Shown here piece by piece: positions 5,309 to 5,407 of a stretch of DNA of 5,407 nt; positions within the stretch are counted from its first letter, which is position 1; each line of letters starts with the position of its first letter. The stretch spans positions 1 through 5,407 of the forward strand of contig CAZQEL010000034.1 in the NCBI GenBank assembly GCA_964591795.1, written 5' to 3'. This DNA comes from an uncultured archaeon (lineage in GTDB: Archaea > Iainarchaeota > Iainarchaeia > Iainarchaeales > CSSED10-239). A program made the translations under genes and the position numbers. The notes beneath the pieces were generated by a model that saw only the letters and a list, made by a program, of their open reading frames with translations, was not told where the DNA came from and ran no database searches.

Positions 5309-5407
5309 TTAATTTACAAATTGTTCAGCTTGTTCTATTATTAAATCAACAACATCTTTTCTTTTACTAGGAGGATAACCATACTTTTTAAGTAATCTTT
5401 TTACTTT
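5309..5407 (-). CDS. hsdR: 3' end (last 32 codons) of a type I restriction enzyme R subunit (HsdR-like C-terminal helix). The gene begins beyond the right edge of the window.
   Basis: The minus-strand frame entering at 5407 translates as KVKRLLKKYGYPPSKRKDVVDLIIEQAEQFVN*, with TAA at 5309..5311. The K-R-x-L-x-K-Y-G-Y-P-P-(D/S)-K ... V-x-E-Q-A-E tail is the conserved extreme C-terminus of many HsdR proteins, recalled from memory. Only 32 residues are visible, so this rests on one short but distinctive motif. Confidence 0.7.
   Translation of the reverse strand, partial: KVKRLLKKYGYPPSKRKDVVDLIIEQAEQFVN

Noticed and set aside
1-5407. The possibility that this extremely AT-rich DNA is from a Mollicute using genetic code 4 (TGA = Trp), which would change the ORF boundaries.
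   Set aside because: Every Trp I translated is TGG (seven in the DpnA-like fragment alone). No in-frame TGA occurs in any of the long ORFs. The ParB-like gene ends with TGA followed directly by TAG. The standard bacterial/archaeal code fits. I cannot assign the organism from this window.
1-5407. GATC avoidance as a signature of a GATC-specific restriction system. Also a search for CRISPR repeats, tRNA/rRNA-like GC-rich segments, transposase or IS ends, and long direct or inverted repeats.
   Set aside because: I counted about 15 GATC sites by eye, at or above the roughly 10 expected from base composition, so there is no avoidance. I found no periodic repeats, no GC-rich structured-RNA-like segment and no transposase-like ORF. 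The only GC-rich island is the short ttggccgtagc at 742..752 in the methylase intergenic spacer, which forms no hairpin that I could find.

Overview
This is a very AT-rich window, roughly 20-25% GC by eye. It uses the standard genetic code: Trp is always TGG, and there is no in-frame TGA in more than 1,500 codons. The window reads as a defence-island segment, with five of its six genes on the minus strand. Listed in minus-strand transcription order, they are as follows. (1) The last 32 codons of a type I restriction R subunit (hsdR-like C-terminus, 5309..5407). (2) A 627-aa SF2 DEAH-box helicase (3313..5196) with a C-terminal region of about 290 aa that I cannot assign. (3) A translationally coupled 378-aa ParB/Srx N-terminal-domain protein (2175..3311). 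(4) On the plus strand and convergent with the pair, a 147-aa charged protein with a DUF1232/YkvA-like motif (1707..2150). (5) A Dam-family alpha-class N6-adenine methyltransferase (755..1612). (6) A beta-class DpnA/M.DpnIIB-like methyltransferase (1..695). Gene (6) runs off the left edge, so it is missing from the supplied ORF track; the track's 392..601 ORF is a spurious frame inside it. The main candidate for something undescribed is the helicase + ParB-like gene pair, which sits between a type I R-M gene and a DpnII/MboI-style double-methyltransferase module. I saw no rRNA, tRNA, CRISPR array, transposase or long repeat. All family assignments come from motif reading by eye, and no database search was run.
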